Shown piece by piece: positions 1-13,881 of a DNA stretch of 64,000 nucleotides (position 1 is its first letter; every line of letters starts with the position of its first letter). Below the pieces are notes generated by a model. The model ran no database searches, was not told the origin of the DNA, and worked only from the letters and a program-made list of their open reading frames with translations. Origin of the DNA: Fistulifera solaris (taxonomy: Eukaryota); the NCBI GenBank assembly GCA_030295235.1, contig AP026169.1, positions 682,001 through 746,000 of the forward strand, given 5' to 3'. The position numbers and the translations under genes are program-made.

Positions 1-149
1 GGTTTCAAAGCAGCAGAGGCAGTGTTATGCAATAGACTAGAAAACGAAGCGCCGACGGAATTTTTAAATGAATCATCATCATCATTATCACTCGACGATG
101 CGCGTAGTAGCAGTCAGAAATTCCGTCTGCATCAAAAAAGAACAACTGT

Positions 150-1045
150 ATCTACTATGCCCCAAAGTGTACTGTCCAACAATCCACGACTGCTCATCAG
201 TCACGAATCAATATTCTTTCGAGCGACAATGCTGCCCATATTTTTACTCGTTCCGCAACAACCTTAAACTCCACTTGTCGGTATTGCAAAAATAGGCTAA
301 AGCAGTGTTTAGATTACACGTCATTCTATTTTAAGTTGAACAGCCTTGCGAAACGTTGTCTGCCGTATTATTATAGACCAGAGTGTTGCCCGTTTTTCGT
401 CACGACTGCGCTTCAGTCATGAATCAATATACATCCGAGCGACAATGCTGCCTACAACTCGTTCTTTCAAAGAAATATAAGGTCTATTTTCCCTAAGGTA
501 GGGTTTGATGATGAAATACATCTGGACCATTCAAACAGATTTTCTGTATGATGAAGTAAACCTATTCCAGAATTTCTGGACCATTCACACAAAATTCCTG
601 TTCAATCAAAAACACCGCTTTCAGAGATAAAGATTCTGGAACAAGCACAAAATATCTGTACCAATAAAACAGAATATCGTCTATCGTCTGTACTGGTACC
701 ATGTACGGAAGGGTTTGATGATGAAATACACCTGGTCCAGAGTCCAGAATATCTGGACCATTCACACAGATTTTCTGTGTGACGAAGTAAACCTATTCCA
801 GAATTTCTGGACCATTCACACAAAATTCCTGTTAAATCAAAAAAACCGCTTTCAGAGAAAAAGATTCTGGAACAAGCACAAAATATCTTTATGATATAGG
901 CATATAGGCTTTAGCAGCGTTTTTATTAAATGTTATTTTATTGTTACGTCGCAGAGCCTTGCGAAACGTTATCTTCTTTATTTACTATGGACCCAAAGTG
1001 TTTGTCTACTAGGAGACTGCGACCGCATTTCAGCTATGAGACCAG
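150..1045. repeat. Degenerate repeat array containing a younger tandem duplication (about 501-658 vs 711-888)
   Basis: Block gggtttgatgatgaaataca...ctattccagaatttctggaccattcacacaaaattcctgtt...gattctggaacaagcacaaaatatct occurs twice. An older unit also recurs: gccttgcgaaacgtt at ~343 and ~956; cagtca[c/t]gaatcaatat...cgagcgacaatgctgcc at ~198 and ~415. Confidence 0.85.
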
Positions 1046-1278
1046 TTCGGTTAGACTAACCTTACCTGAGAATGCCCCTTCCTTTCGCCAGAAACAATAC
1101 ATGAAATATAAGGAGACATTCGAAGAGTTCAATTGTTCGATCCTTCTACGTATTGATGTCCATTTGATGTCAAGTATCGTTTCAAGGCACTAAACGTAAA
1201 TTGTCGGAGAAAGCGACAATGGACGATCATTCACCACCTACAATGCTTGTGCATTTAGTTAATAAAGCCTTTCGTTTA

Positions 1279-4200
1279 TTAAAGCTCCTCACGCACCGCA
1301 TCGGTCGCTGCTTGTATAGATTCGCATGCTGCGCCCACACACGCTTCGACAACATCCAAGCTATCCATCCCATTTCCCTCTGTAATGTTCAAGGTTGCAT
1401 TCCGCTCCATTTCAAGCATTAAATCCCATTGATCACTATTACCCATAAAGGCATGCATTATGAATCCGATTACCGCAAACGTTTTCAGTAGACTCCAAAC
1501 GTCCTTCATGGATGTCTCGGCGAAACCAGCAACAAGAATATGTCTGCAGAAAATAAATTTCATAAGGCGGTCCAGAAGAAACGTTGCAACCAAATCCATC
1601 GCGAGGATTAGAAGAATGAAATTACGAAAGCCCTCATCTGGGAACGGAACCAACTGGAAATAACGATTCAAACCAGGAACCGATTCCGAGGCAAACATGA
1701 ACGTCAAAACAAAAGTAGCTGTGAGACTCCATAAAAGCGGTCGGTTCTCGGTGACACCTGTCATGAACGGGCGGCCTTGTAAATTCACAAAAATACCGTG
1801 ACTTGCTGAACGCTGCTTACGAGGAATACGACGGTGTTCAAGATGCCGGGTTTGAAAGTCCCATCAAGTTCGGCATCGTAATCAGGTGGCAGGTGCGTCT
1901 TTGCGGTGGAGACCGCAGCGTAAAGAGTGCCAAGGTGAACAGCGAATTGAGCAAGTAGACTACAGAACAGCGCTGGGTGGAAAATCGAAGTCAGCGGGCG
2001 AACGCTCGACAGTTTGTCAAGGGGCTTTGATCGTGACACCGACATAAAGGAAACAGATCCCAATAGACCCATAGCAGTCATCTGTGTGTCACCGTATTTC
2101 ACCCCATCGAGATACAATGCGGAAAGAGAATATGAGCTGATAAGGCATTGTAGTGCCATAATTTGGTACTGAAATTTTCATGTGAGAGAAGTTTAGAATT
2201 CGACGTGACGGTGAACAGTTTGACAGCAAAGTTCGTCTTACCATCTGAATACTTGAAACAAGGGTACAACGACCTTGTCGAACAATATCGACGCAACTCT
2301 GTATACTTGGCATCTTACTTGTAAAGGGTGCAGCCATAGAAGCGTCTCCAAGTTTGACAACAGGAGTTTCTCCGGCGTCAAGCTCTTCAAACTGTGCTGC
2401 CAACGAAGCAGCCGATCCCTCAACGCCACCAAGCTGAGCAGCTTTCTTTTGGCTTCCTCCCTTTCAGCTGCCATAAATTCTTTCAATGCTTTGAAGCTGG
2501 CGAACGTCTCCCCTTGTGCTGCCAGCTCTTCTGCCCTTTCCTGCATTCGTCTCTGTTTCTCCGTCATTATCCTTCGTTGCTCGGCTTTCTTTTCAGCCTG
2601 CGTCATGTTTTTCTTATCCTTCTCGTTCTTGGCGTCGTGTCTCTTCACAGCGATCTCACGAGCTTTGATTTGGTAAAGCTGTACGAGGTCCTCTCTCTCT
2701 TTGAGTTCGGGATACTTATCGGGATCGACACCAAGGGATCTGATTTTCATTTTCAAGACACGCGTTGGCAGGGATCTTATCTGATCCAGATGCTCCTGGC
2801 TCATGATTGCAGTCACGTTACTTGTCTCCTTTGTACTTTCTGTCTCCTTGCCATTGTCTTTCTCAACATTCATATTCCCGAAGCCGGACAACAGCGCTAC
2901 GCCAACATCAGCCTGTTTCAATGCACCGACATCGTTTGCACCATCACCGCACATCAGACATAACGTTCCTACTCCATGCAAACATTCAATGACTTGCTCC
3001 TTTTCATCGGGTGCCATTCGAGCAAACACCTTGATGAATTGAAGCACTTTCTTCGTCCCGCTATCTTGTTCGAATGCAGTTGCAAGACATTTCCCAGTTG
3101 TAGCCAAATCGTACTTCTTTGATAAATCCGGGATCTCTTTCGAAACGAAATCGGCCACTTTGCTTCCGTCATTATAGCTGCGCCAGAGAAGTTTTTCTTC
3201 GGTTGTTTTTTCGAGAAATGCAATGGGTTTGTACAATTTGTGTGACTTTTTTCTTTTCTTTTCGTTTCTTTGAAGGATTAAAACCATTCCGCTTTGACTC
3301 CAGAAAAGCACGAAGTTCCTCATTTTCTTCTTCTGTGTCTTCCTTCTTGGTGTTTCCAATCGGCTCGCAGATGTTAACTTCCTTGGCGACGTGAATCGCC
3401 GTGAGAAGCGCGTCTCCGGTCACCATCGCGACTCTCATTCCACCTTCTTTCAAATGTTGCAGAACGCGCGCGGTATCTTTCCTCACTTTACAGGTGAATG
3501 CAATGAAGCCCGCGAAAATAAGCTGAGACTCACAATTAGCTCTGCTGTCAATTGCCTTTTTAACAGAAGCCTTGGAGGTAAGCTCCTTGAAGGCCAAAGC
3601 AATCAATCGGAACCCTTGTTTTGATAAATATTGAGCTTTTGCGTCGTAGCCGTCGGGCTTTGATGAAAGCAGTTGACCTATTGCTTCGGGTGAGCCTTTT
3701 GCAACGGCGTACGTCAGACCAGCATTTGTGTCAACAACGCAACTCATTCGCTGAAGTTTCGAGCTAAAGTGGTGCCTTGACAGAATTTCCACTTCTGTAA
3801 CTTTATTGCTGTCGGCCAGCACGAACGGCTTCCCCGCAGGCTTTTTTCTTTGTTGCATCCTTGGGAACAGATTTGCCCGATATTGACGATACATGCCATC
3901 TCATGGATGCGATAGCAGCACTTTCAAGTGGATCGCCCTGTGTCTCAGCATCCACGACAACAAGCGTGTGACATCCTGCTAGAACAAACCCAGCTTCACT
4001 TGTTACTTGGGTCATCGGTTTCAACAAATCATCTTCTTCGGCTGAGTCAGGTAGCTTTAGCTTGTCGGGCTCGCACACTCCCACGGCGACAAGTTCGTCG
4101 GTGGTCAATGTGCCTGTTTTATCAAAAAGACAAGCGTCCAGCTTACCAGCAACTGGCACCTTGTATGGTTCAGTACAAAAGATGTGCATCTTCATAAGCG

Positions 4201-6077
4201 TCATGAGACTGTTGTTGACGGCCATTGCCATTTGCATCGGTAGCTCCGGGCGGATAACGTTAGTCACGATCATGATGCAGTGGAGAAGTAACTCATACTT
4301 GCTTCGATTCTCATTCTTTGCCCCATGATAAAGAACGTAACCCGAACTAATGATCGCAAAGAAGCATAGAAAAAGTAAAAGAAGACCGGTCTCATACTCA
4401 TGACCTTTCACCTTTTCTTGGGATCCTTCGATCATTCGGACCAACTTTCCTTGCGCAGACGCAAAGCCAGTACGAAGGACAAAGCAGACACAACCACCGT
4501 CTGGAGGTAACGGAACACCAGAAAAGGACGTACTGCTGTCGTTGTGTTGTATATAGTCTACACCGCCCTTGCATTGGAGCATTTTGGTACCAGCGAAAGC
4601 GACGTTCATCTTATGATTGCCCTTCATACTGAGGGCTTCACTCGGCAATTCAGCAAGCCCTTCTTTCATCTGTGGAACGGATTCACCTGTCAAGCTGGCT
4701 TCATTGACAACGGTGGAACCTCGTAACAAGAGCAAGTCAGCTGGTACGACGTCCCCACCGTCGTCAGCGTCCCTCTTGTTAACTTTGCGAGTCAAGCTCA
4801 CAATATCACCAGGTAACAACTTGGTCGTATCTGTAATCGACCATGCACCAGCGCGATAGACGTAAATGTGTCGACTTGGATTGCCCATTCCTCGCAGAGC
4901 CTGCATGCTTTTGATACGCTGAAAGACAACGGTTCCTTCGAACATGAGGACAATAAACAGAGAGAAGAATGAATAGATCAAGTAGTCATCGATCGCCCAC
5001 AGCAACACACAAAAAATCTGGAAAACGGAGAAAGGATTCAAAAGCTGCTTTTTGTACAGTTCAAAGAACGAAGGCGATTTCACATTGAACAGATTGGGGC
5101 CATAACGTATCTGATTGGCGGCCACACGTTCGGTAGAGTTCAAACCGTGGTAAGATTGTAGCTGCGACAGCAGCAAATCCGTTCTGCAGCGCACTTTCGT
5201 CCACATATCGTTCTCGAAAACATATCTTCTACGATGGAACTCAAATGTCATTCCCAGTGTCGGATAGTATTCCAATTCCACTAGTACGTGATGGCCTTTT
5301 GCTGGACATAACCGCGCGTGCGTAGGCAAATGAGAAGGGACCTGGTAAATGCGACGGTCTTGAATGACTTCCTTGGATGTCTCGCTGCTCTGCATTTCCT
5401 CATCCTCGGGTAAAGCCATCATTTCGGCGGGAATTTCTACCATTGTTGCATCTACTTCCTGGAAATTGACCCAGACGTTAAAGCCGACACTCCAGTGTTG
5501 CATCAAGAGCAAGAGTGCATGAAGCGTCGCTAAAATTCCGAGGAATAAGCTAGGCCAAAATGATGCTGCGTATTTGTTTGGCACCCTCATGCTTTTCGGC
5601 AAGGCATCTAAAACAGACTGTTCTTTGTCGCGTTTCTTTTCGGCCGCCAATTCTTCGATATCCATATCCATCCAATCCATCCACCCGATTTTCTTAATAC
5701 GTCTGTAAGGGTCGTCCAAATCGTGAAAGGAATGCTCAAACTGGGCTCGCAATTTTGTGGCGCCTTCCATGACTGATTTGGAAGCAAACGGCAATTGATG
5801 AACAATTATGAGTTACACACCACACGAATGAATCAAGACGCAGCTCATAAAAACTCTCATCTTTTTCCGTACCTTGAAAACCTTCTTGGTCCGCCTTTTC
5901 CAAAAACTTGCGATAGGGTTCCCCTACAGTCGACAGAACGATCGCCGTTTGAATAACGTATAAGATAATAAAAATCACATTGTAGAGACGAATTTTTCTC
6001 TTGCCGCCGGCTGCAAGTTTCGCTTGATAGACTTGCACAAACCGGATCCCCTTGGAATCCGTCGGGCATCCGACCAT
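1279..6077 (-). CDS. P5A-type ATPase (Spf1/ATP13A1-like ER transmembrane-helix dislocase)
   Basis: Motifs FDKTGTLT, LTGESVP, VIRPELPM (P5 PPELP-like), GDPLE, MVTGDALLTA, MCGDGANDVGALKQA, KLGDASMAAPFTSK, NLQGRPFM. Introns at ~5773-5872 and ~2169-2241. Frame breaks at homopolymers near 3845, 3250, 2447 and 1790. Confidence 0.93.
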
Positions 6078-6824
6078 ATTTGCTGACTTCTTTCTTTTTG
6101 TAGAGCGTGTCCTTGTTACGAAAGCTGGCTTTATTAATGGGAGAACATACTACTTATCAATCACCCTGCCAGCATTTTTTTTTTCTTCGTTTCTCCCACT
6201 TCCACACTTCCACATGGACGAAAACGGAATGACGACGATTGCGGTTGTCGGACAAAGTACAGACGCAGGATACCGTTAACCTTAATGTATCTTATTGTGT
6301 AGAAATCCCAGTGCTCTACTCGCAATTCTCGCATCAACAATGACAGAATCCCTCTTCTTTTGGTTATTTAGTCCAAATCGATACTTTGAATTGACGACTA
6401 GATACATTATATGACAACACGACCCGATGCTTTACCTCGACAATTCTCTCGGATCGTCTTACAACGTGTACTGGTACGTAGCGTAGGTCAATGTGTAGCT
6501 GTAGGCGATAGGCGACCTTTTTCGTGACTGGATTTTAGTCATGCGTTCGACCTTGTTTTAATCCGCGTGGCGCATCGTCATACTTCATCAGCATGCTCAA
6601 TGTTAGTCTAGGAAGCAATGCGAATCTATGAAATACTCCTAATGAAAATAGTCTGTGATATCATGATGGTGTTCTTCTTTGCGTCATTATGTAATACGAT
6701 AGGGAAACGATTGTCCATAAACAAACTAACAGCGTTATCACTACAAGAAACGCTCAGAAAACTATTTTCATCAACATCTGTATTTATTACATCTACCATT
6801 GCGCTTTTTCAAAGCTTATGAGAC

Positions 6825-7435
6825 TCATCGCCTTTCAACAACGGGTGTGTCGTATTCACTTTCCATCGTGTAACTATCCCCTTGACTTTCCACATCGGAC
6901 TGGCGAAAAATCTCGTTAAACGCATCGGGCTGTTTGACTCCAAGGAAGCGAATTCCGAAAATAAGGGATAATGTCGCCACGGCACACAAAAAGCCCCAAG
7001 CCGCCATCGCAAATAAATGCAGCGAGATCAACACATCAATCACATATCGGCCTCGGAATGTAAACAACACTTCTCCCAACTTCGATCTCTCCAAACGTTC
7101 GGTGATAATCGTGGGTGTTTCTGTGGCTACACAAAGCATGGTCAAGCACGCCACTGCTGTCAGTGTTCCATCCAGAAAATGGATGTAGGAAAAGGGAGCA
7201 TGAGCCGCAAAGTGCAGAGCGACAACTGTATTTGCCTGAAAAAGAAACAAAACATTAGCTGACAGCAATACAGTATGATACGATGCTTTTGAATTTACGT
7301 GAATGCTTTACCGAGACGGTATCTCGGACGAGACTTCTTCGCCTTTGTCATTTCTCAACGTCGACGACCACTTACCAAGTAGGTAATCACCGAAAGGGTG
7401 CGGAACGATCTTGTTAAGCGGTGCTTGGACGACAT
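6825..7435 (-). CDS. Small multi-pass membrane protein, possibly COPI-associated/Tvp15-like
   Basis: Hydrophobic ORF 6825-7268 with LFTFRGRY motif. Probable first exon MSSKHRLTRSFRTLSVITYL ends at a GTAAGT donor near 7375. The family assignment is tentative. Confidence 0.5.
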
Positions 7436-8483
7436 TGTCCAACTATGATTCAATTACAAATAAAGTGAAGAACTACAACCTAATAATAATACACGGTAAT
7501 ATTTGCAATGATTATGTTGTCATCGACGAAGCTGTGAACGCAAAGGAGGACGACAAAAGCAAAAGCTTTTTCCATTTACCCTGGTACGGTACCTGTACTA
7601 CAAGCGGAAAGTGTGGATCGTTGTATCTGAGGTGAGCTGCTCTTGTAACTACAGTACCTGAAAGCGAGGGCTTGTCCTAGTATAAAAATGTTGTAGTCAT
7701 TTCGCCAACGGATCTATTTTGCATCGCCATACGGTATCCGTTCTGTATTATGAAAACATGCTGCAAGACATTCCAGCCCCGATGTGTAAGGGGTAATGTT
7801 ATCGTGACTGCCATGTGGTCACGAGTCTTCATTCTTCCGAGGCAAACGGGTGCCTAACCATTGTTCATTCTGCACACACTTGTTAAACCATCTGATTCCT
7901 TTGTAAACTAAATTACCTCTAGCTGCTTATGAAGTGAATGAATGAATCGAATCATGATGTCGAGAATTCTTGCGGATTGTTGTCTTCTACAATGACTATA
8001 GGCGCATAGTGAAGGCGACATTTCGCCAAGACACACTAGTTTCCAGTCATGAAGGAATCAATATTCTTCCGAGCCAAACAGCTGCCTAAGATTAGTAGAT
8101 TCCGCGAACTTAGCAAGCCTCAGTTTTTTCACCACGATGCAGTAACTTCAGTACCTGGTAGCATTTTCAATGCACAGATCGATTGAAGGATAGCTCAAAG
8201 TGTTCGCGACTTTTCAAATGACTGTATTTCACTCATGATCAAATATTCTTCCGAGCAAGAACGGGATTTTTTGAAACCTGTCCATAGAGGTTTACTTTCT
8301 CTATTTCTTAACGACGAAGGATCTTACTTTGTAGGCAATGATCCCTCTACAAAAACACGGCTACTGTATTACTACTATTCGAGAGTTCTGCTTTTTTACG
8401 GAGAAATTTTCGAGTAGCACTAGATTAGATCCCGAAATTTCTTTGCAACAGAGTGAATAATCTTCAACTAAAAAGACGAACAA

Positions 8484-11277
8484 CTAGCTTCCGTTTGGGC
8501 TCTGGCGTGATGATCTTACAGAGGAAGACACCGAAGATGTATCTAGTGCTCCACCCTTTACATCCGCTTCTGAATTGATGAGCCCTTGCTTGCGCAGAAA
8601 CTCTATTTGTTTAGCACGTTGTAACTTTGATCTTTCTTGTAATGTCTACAGAATATGACAAATGCAAAAGTGAGGTTGGAACTTTTAATCGGGCAAGCTA
8701 AAAATTGTATCTTGACTTACCAACGGCGAGCCTTCTGTCTTTTTTTTCTTCTTCGCCAACACGATCGTCCTCGGTGTAGTCCGTTACTCGAGTGGAGTGA
8801 CAAGAAGATGATTCGTCGCTCTCATAGTCAGACATTGGACCCAAAACAGCTTCTTCCATGCGACGCCACAGTCCAGAGGCCGAACTACTGGAAGAGGCCG
8901 GTTTGTTCTTTCCTCGTGGTGGTGGAGTCGATTGCTTTTCAACTTGAGCCTTCGTCTTCTCATCCAAGCGGGCTTTCACTGGAGTTGTTTTACGATCTGC
9001 CTCTATTCGTGATTGTTGCGCAATAGATAGTTTTGTTTCAGGAGAATCCGACCTGTACTCCTTTAGTGATCCACCGCTTTTGGGGAGCCCGTTGTCCCTT
9101 TTGTGGCGAGGAGGAGAGGAAAAAACGGGCGGGAGGCTCATGGCGCTCTTGTTTATTGTGTCCAAGTAACGTTGACCTTGTTGTTGGTGAGTCTGAAATA
9201 CTTCATCTTCGTCTTGTTCTGCTCCGGAGCCGTTTTGTGTATCGTCGAGGTTATTCACGCCGATAATGAACGATGGTGGTCCACCACGATTTCTAGGCGA
9301 CTGCTTTTGAACTTGGAGAGGGCGAGGTCTTTGTTCATTTCTCATTCTAAACTCTCTTGTCATTGTCTCGAAATGGCGCTGTGTTCTATCTTCTGTCAAC
9401 TCTGACATATGACTCTTGTTATCGTAATCGTCAATAAAGCCGCGACGGGATCGGCTGCGATTGCCGGTCTTGCCCTGAAAACTTGTTCTTCGTTCGCTAG
9501 GTGTATTGTTATTCAATCTCTGTCTCTGAACATGGCTTTCATCAAATTCAATCTCTCTATCATCATCTTCTTCATCGTCTAGGTCGTCCTCGTCCTCTTC
9601 TTCGACATTTGGTCCGTCATTGTGAATAACCACGAGGTTTCTCCCAGGGCCCATAACCGACCCCTCTCCATACACGGATCCTCCGGTTGACATAAGACCC
9701 GAATGGGAGATCATTTCCATCATATTCTGCTGCACTTTCACCTGCGATTCCATCTTTTCTACGTATCTTTCAAGCAGGACATTCTTTTGCTCATACTCCT
9801 TCGACACTAGTACCTGTTGTTGTTTCTCATGTTGCATGGCAGCCAGCTCTTTCTTTGTTACCTCTAACTGATTGCGCAAATCAATAACCTCCTTTTTCAA
9901 AATCTTTTTGTGCTGCGTGAGTTCCTTCACTTGATTTCTTTGTTGACTTCCGTTCATTGTCATCTCGAGCTGAGTTGAGCTCAATGCCTTTTGAATATCT
10001 TGTAGTTCTTTCTGTGATTCACTTAGCTGTGTTTGAAGTCTGGCTGTCTGGACTTTCCATGATTCAGACTCTGCTTGATATTGTTCTTGCAATGCTTTCA
10101 GTTGTGACTCCAATTCCAGAACTTTGGCTTGATCCGATTGTCCCGTACTCCTCAAATCGTTCTGCAGCTGAATTTTCGCATGATACTCTTTTGAGCACGC
10201 TTGTTCAAGCTGTTGACAGTGTTCAATCAATACTTGAATCAAGGCCGTCACACCCCAATCTTGCGCTCGGAGCTGTTCCATACGATGTCTCAATTCGGAG
10301 CGTGTGTTCACCGTCGGGTTGTCGACTCCTTCATCCTCGTCCAACGAAAGTGTTGAAAACAAAGCTTCTTCCGACAATCTCCAGCAAGATCTACGTAAGT
10401 CTTCCTGCTGACTTCGGAGTCTGTAGAGCTCTTGCTGTGCTTCTTCCTTCAAAACGCCGCTTTCGTCTAATTCTTGATGCAGCATTTGCAGCTGCTGCGC
10501 AAATCCGTCACATACTTGCTTATAGGCATCGCATTCATCCAGCAATGCAGCATGACGATTGTGCAAGAAGGCTTGCGTCCATTCCTGGCTGGCCTCTTCC
10601 TCACAAGCGCAAAAATAAAACGTCCGGAGGTCCGGATTCAGTGTGTCGTCCCCGGCCAATTGCAAGACATTACTATTAAATGAACTTCGATTTACGGTTG
10701 TGTAACATTCCAGGTCGATTATTCCAGTGGGTTGCTGCAGAGTCGACGTAGGAGGATTCTGTGGATCATCCATAGATAAGCCTTCCATTGCGACGGCGTT
10801 TTCGTGGTGGTGATCCGGCGGAGCATCGCCTCCCGACGGAAAGAAAGAGGCAGGAAAATGGCTACGGCGCTCATGCTTGGGTAGCTTTCCATTATAACCT
10901 TGCGATACAGCTCTATTCCACTCTTCCTGTTGCTGTGCGGTTGGGGGAGGTAATAATGAACCCGGTCCATTCTCTACTGAGCAATTGTTGGCCGAGGGAT
11001 GGGCATCAAAATAGTAGAGAAACATGTGCGGCACAACACAACACCAACGAGCTTGCCAGACATGTTGCTCGTTTCTCTTGTAAAGCCATCCACTCTTTGT
11101 TGCAAGTAAATTTAGAACTTCGGGTGAACGAGGTGGGGCCGATTTAATTGTGCATACTGTATTCAAGTTGCTCGAATCCCCATGGGCAAACCATAAATTC
11201 GTTCGAGACAAAACGGCGCGTTTGGCGTCTTCTCCGGCTTGCGAGAGCTGAGCAGTCAACCCTTGCTTCGCCGCCAT
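8484..11277 (-). CDS. PH-domain (split) protein with long coiled coil and disordered C-terminus
   Basis: KSGWLYKRNEQHVWQARWCCVVPHMFLYYF...PTGIIDLECYT...FYFCA..EWTQAF is a PH fold, followed by a heptad-rich coiled coil. GTAAGT donor near 8720 and a last exon TLQERSKLQRAKQIEFLRKQGLI ending at TAG near 8484. Confidence 0.75.
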
Positions 11278-11775
11278 GGCTGTCTTTTGATCGATGGCCT
11301 TGATTATAAAGCTAGCTCAACAAACGATTTGCAAAAGGTCTGAAGAAGTTGAGGTGTTGTTTTGCTAGTGAATGCAAACATCGTCAGGAACGAATGTACT
11401 GTCTCTTCTATTGTCATCCTACTTGTACTTGCACTGTTTTCTGTAGTCTTTCTCGGAGGTTTAAGCTCTAAACAAATTGCTGTCTCGGCGACCGAACATA
11501 GATCTGGGAATTTCAACGGAAATATGAATGATTATAGATAGCATTGAAGAACATTACGGTTAGGCAACGTTAGCACTGAAAAAATTTATCCTTAACCTTA
11601 AATTATCGAAAACTGAACTAAGGAACAAGACTTGCGGCACTTTGATCACTTTACTCGCGAAATAGATCTCCACATTCGATGAGCCGATGCTGGAAGGTAT
11701 CTTGTACATCAATATCAAGCATAGGCGATTCCGATCAAAGCAATGTGCTAGTTCGTCTCCATCGCCTGGCACCTT

Positions 11776-13031
<1,256 letters not shown>

Positions 13032-13881
13032 TCATATTTCCAGGATTGGAGTGAAAGCATCATCTATAGTTATTATTGACTACTGCACCAGTATCAACAG
13101 CCATAACATCGATAAGAAACGTAGTATGATTAAGTAGTAACTTTACATGGCGTAGCTGTAAAACGGGTGTGACTAGTGTTCATTGCACTACAAGAACTTC
13201 TCGGTCAACATGTACCGGGACTGATAATCAATCAAGTCGAGGACGACTCCATTTCGCTTGATAGCTTAATAGTAATAACAAAGACAACAACAAAAAATGC
13301 AAGCGGAAGTTTTTCATTCCTAAACAATGATACCAATACCCTTTGTATATCTTAACACACATATGGCTTGAGAATAGTTCCCACGGCGCTGTCGTTCATC
13401 GAACGAAATGTGGTCGATCACTCCCGGGACTGAATATCCGTTGAGTCGCGAAGGACTCTCGTACTTGGAATCCCGTCTGGTAGAGGAGGACCACTCATTA
13501 AAGAGGGAGATTGGGTGTCTGATCAAGCCGTGCATTAATGCGGTCAACAGTCGACGGTGAGCGCCGACGGTTAGTGCTGTCGGCCGTCTTTCTGTGTGAT
13601 TTCGACAGAATACAGGTTAAGACGAATAATCCTCAGATGCCGTATCAATGTTCGCCGTCACGCACTTACTAATTCCAGTCAATTATAACAAATTGGGCTG
13701 TCACGCGGAAAAGAATTGATTAGTATTTAGTCTTTGGAAAGACCATTGTCGTTTAAACCATGCGCTACGTAAAAAGTAGGCCGCCTCGTGCCTTCGTTAT
13801 CTAATATTACACTCTGAATCCCGTTAAACTGAGTTCAAATGCCAATGGTACATAAAGGCAGTATGAACAAACATGTTGCAT

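Noticed and set aside
500..890. CRISPR-like reading of the repeated tctggaccattcacaca
   Set aside because: Spacing is irregular, the intervening sequences are themselves duplicated, there are no cas genes, and the context is eukaryotic.
2394..2963. Long plus-strand ORFs overlapping the P5A ATPase
   Set aside because: Antisense shadows of the coding strand with no recognisable motifs.
3172..3894. Programmed frameshifting or split genes in the ATPase, BEACH and miaA loci
   Set aside because: The breaks fall in homopolymers and go in both directions, so assembly error is more parsimonious.
13380..13640. Possible RNase P/MRP-like RNA (acagaatacaggtta plus a GC hairpin near 13553-13588) or a small gene
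   Set aside because: No matching CR-I/P4 partner was found and the ORF is short. An Infernal/Rfam search would be needed.
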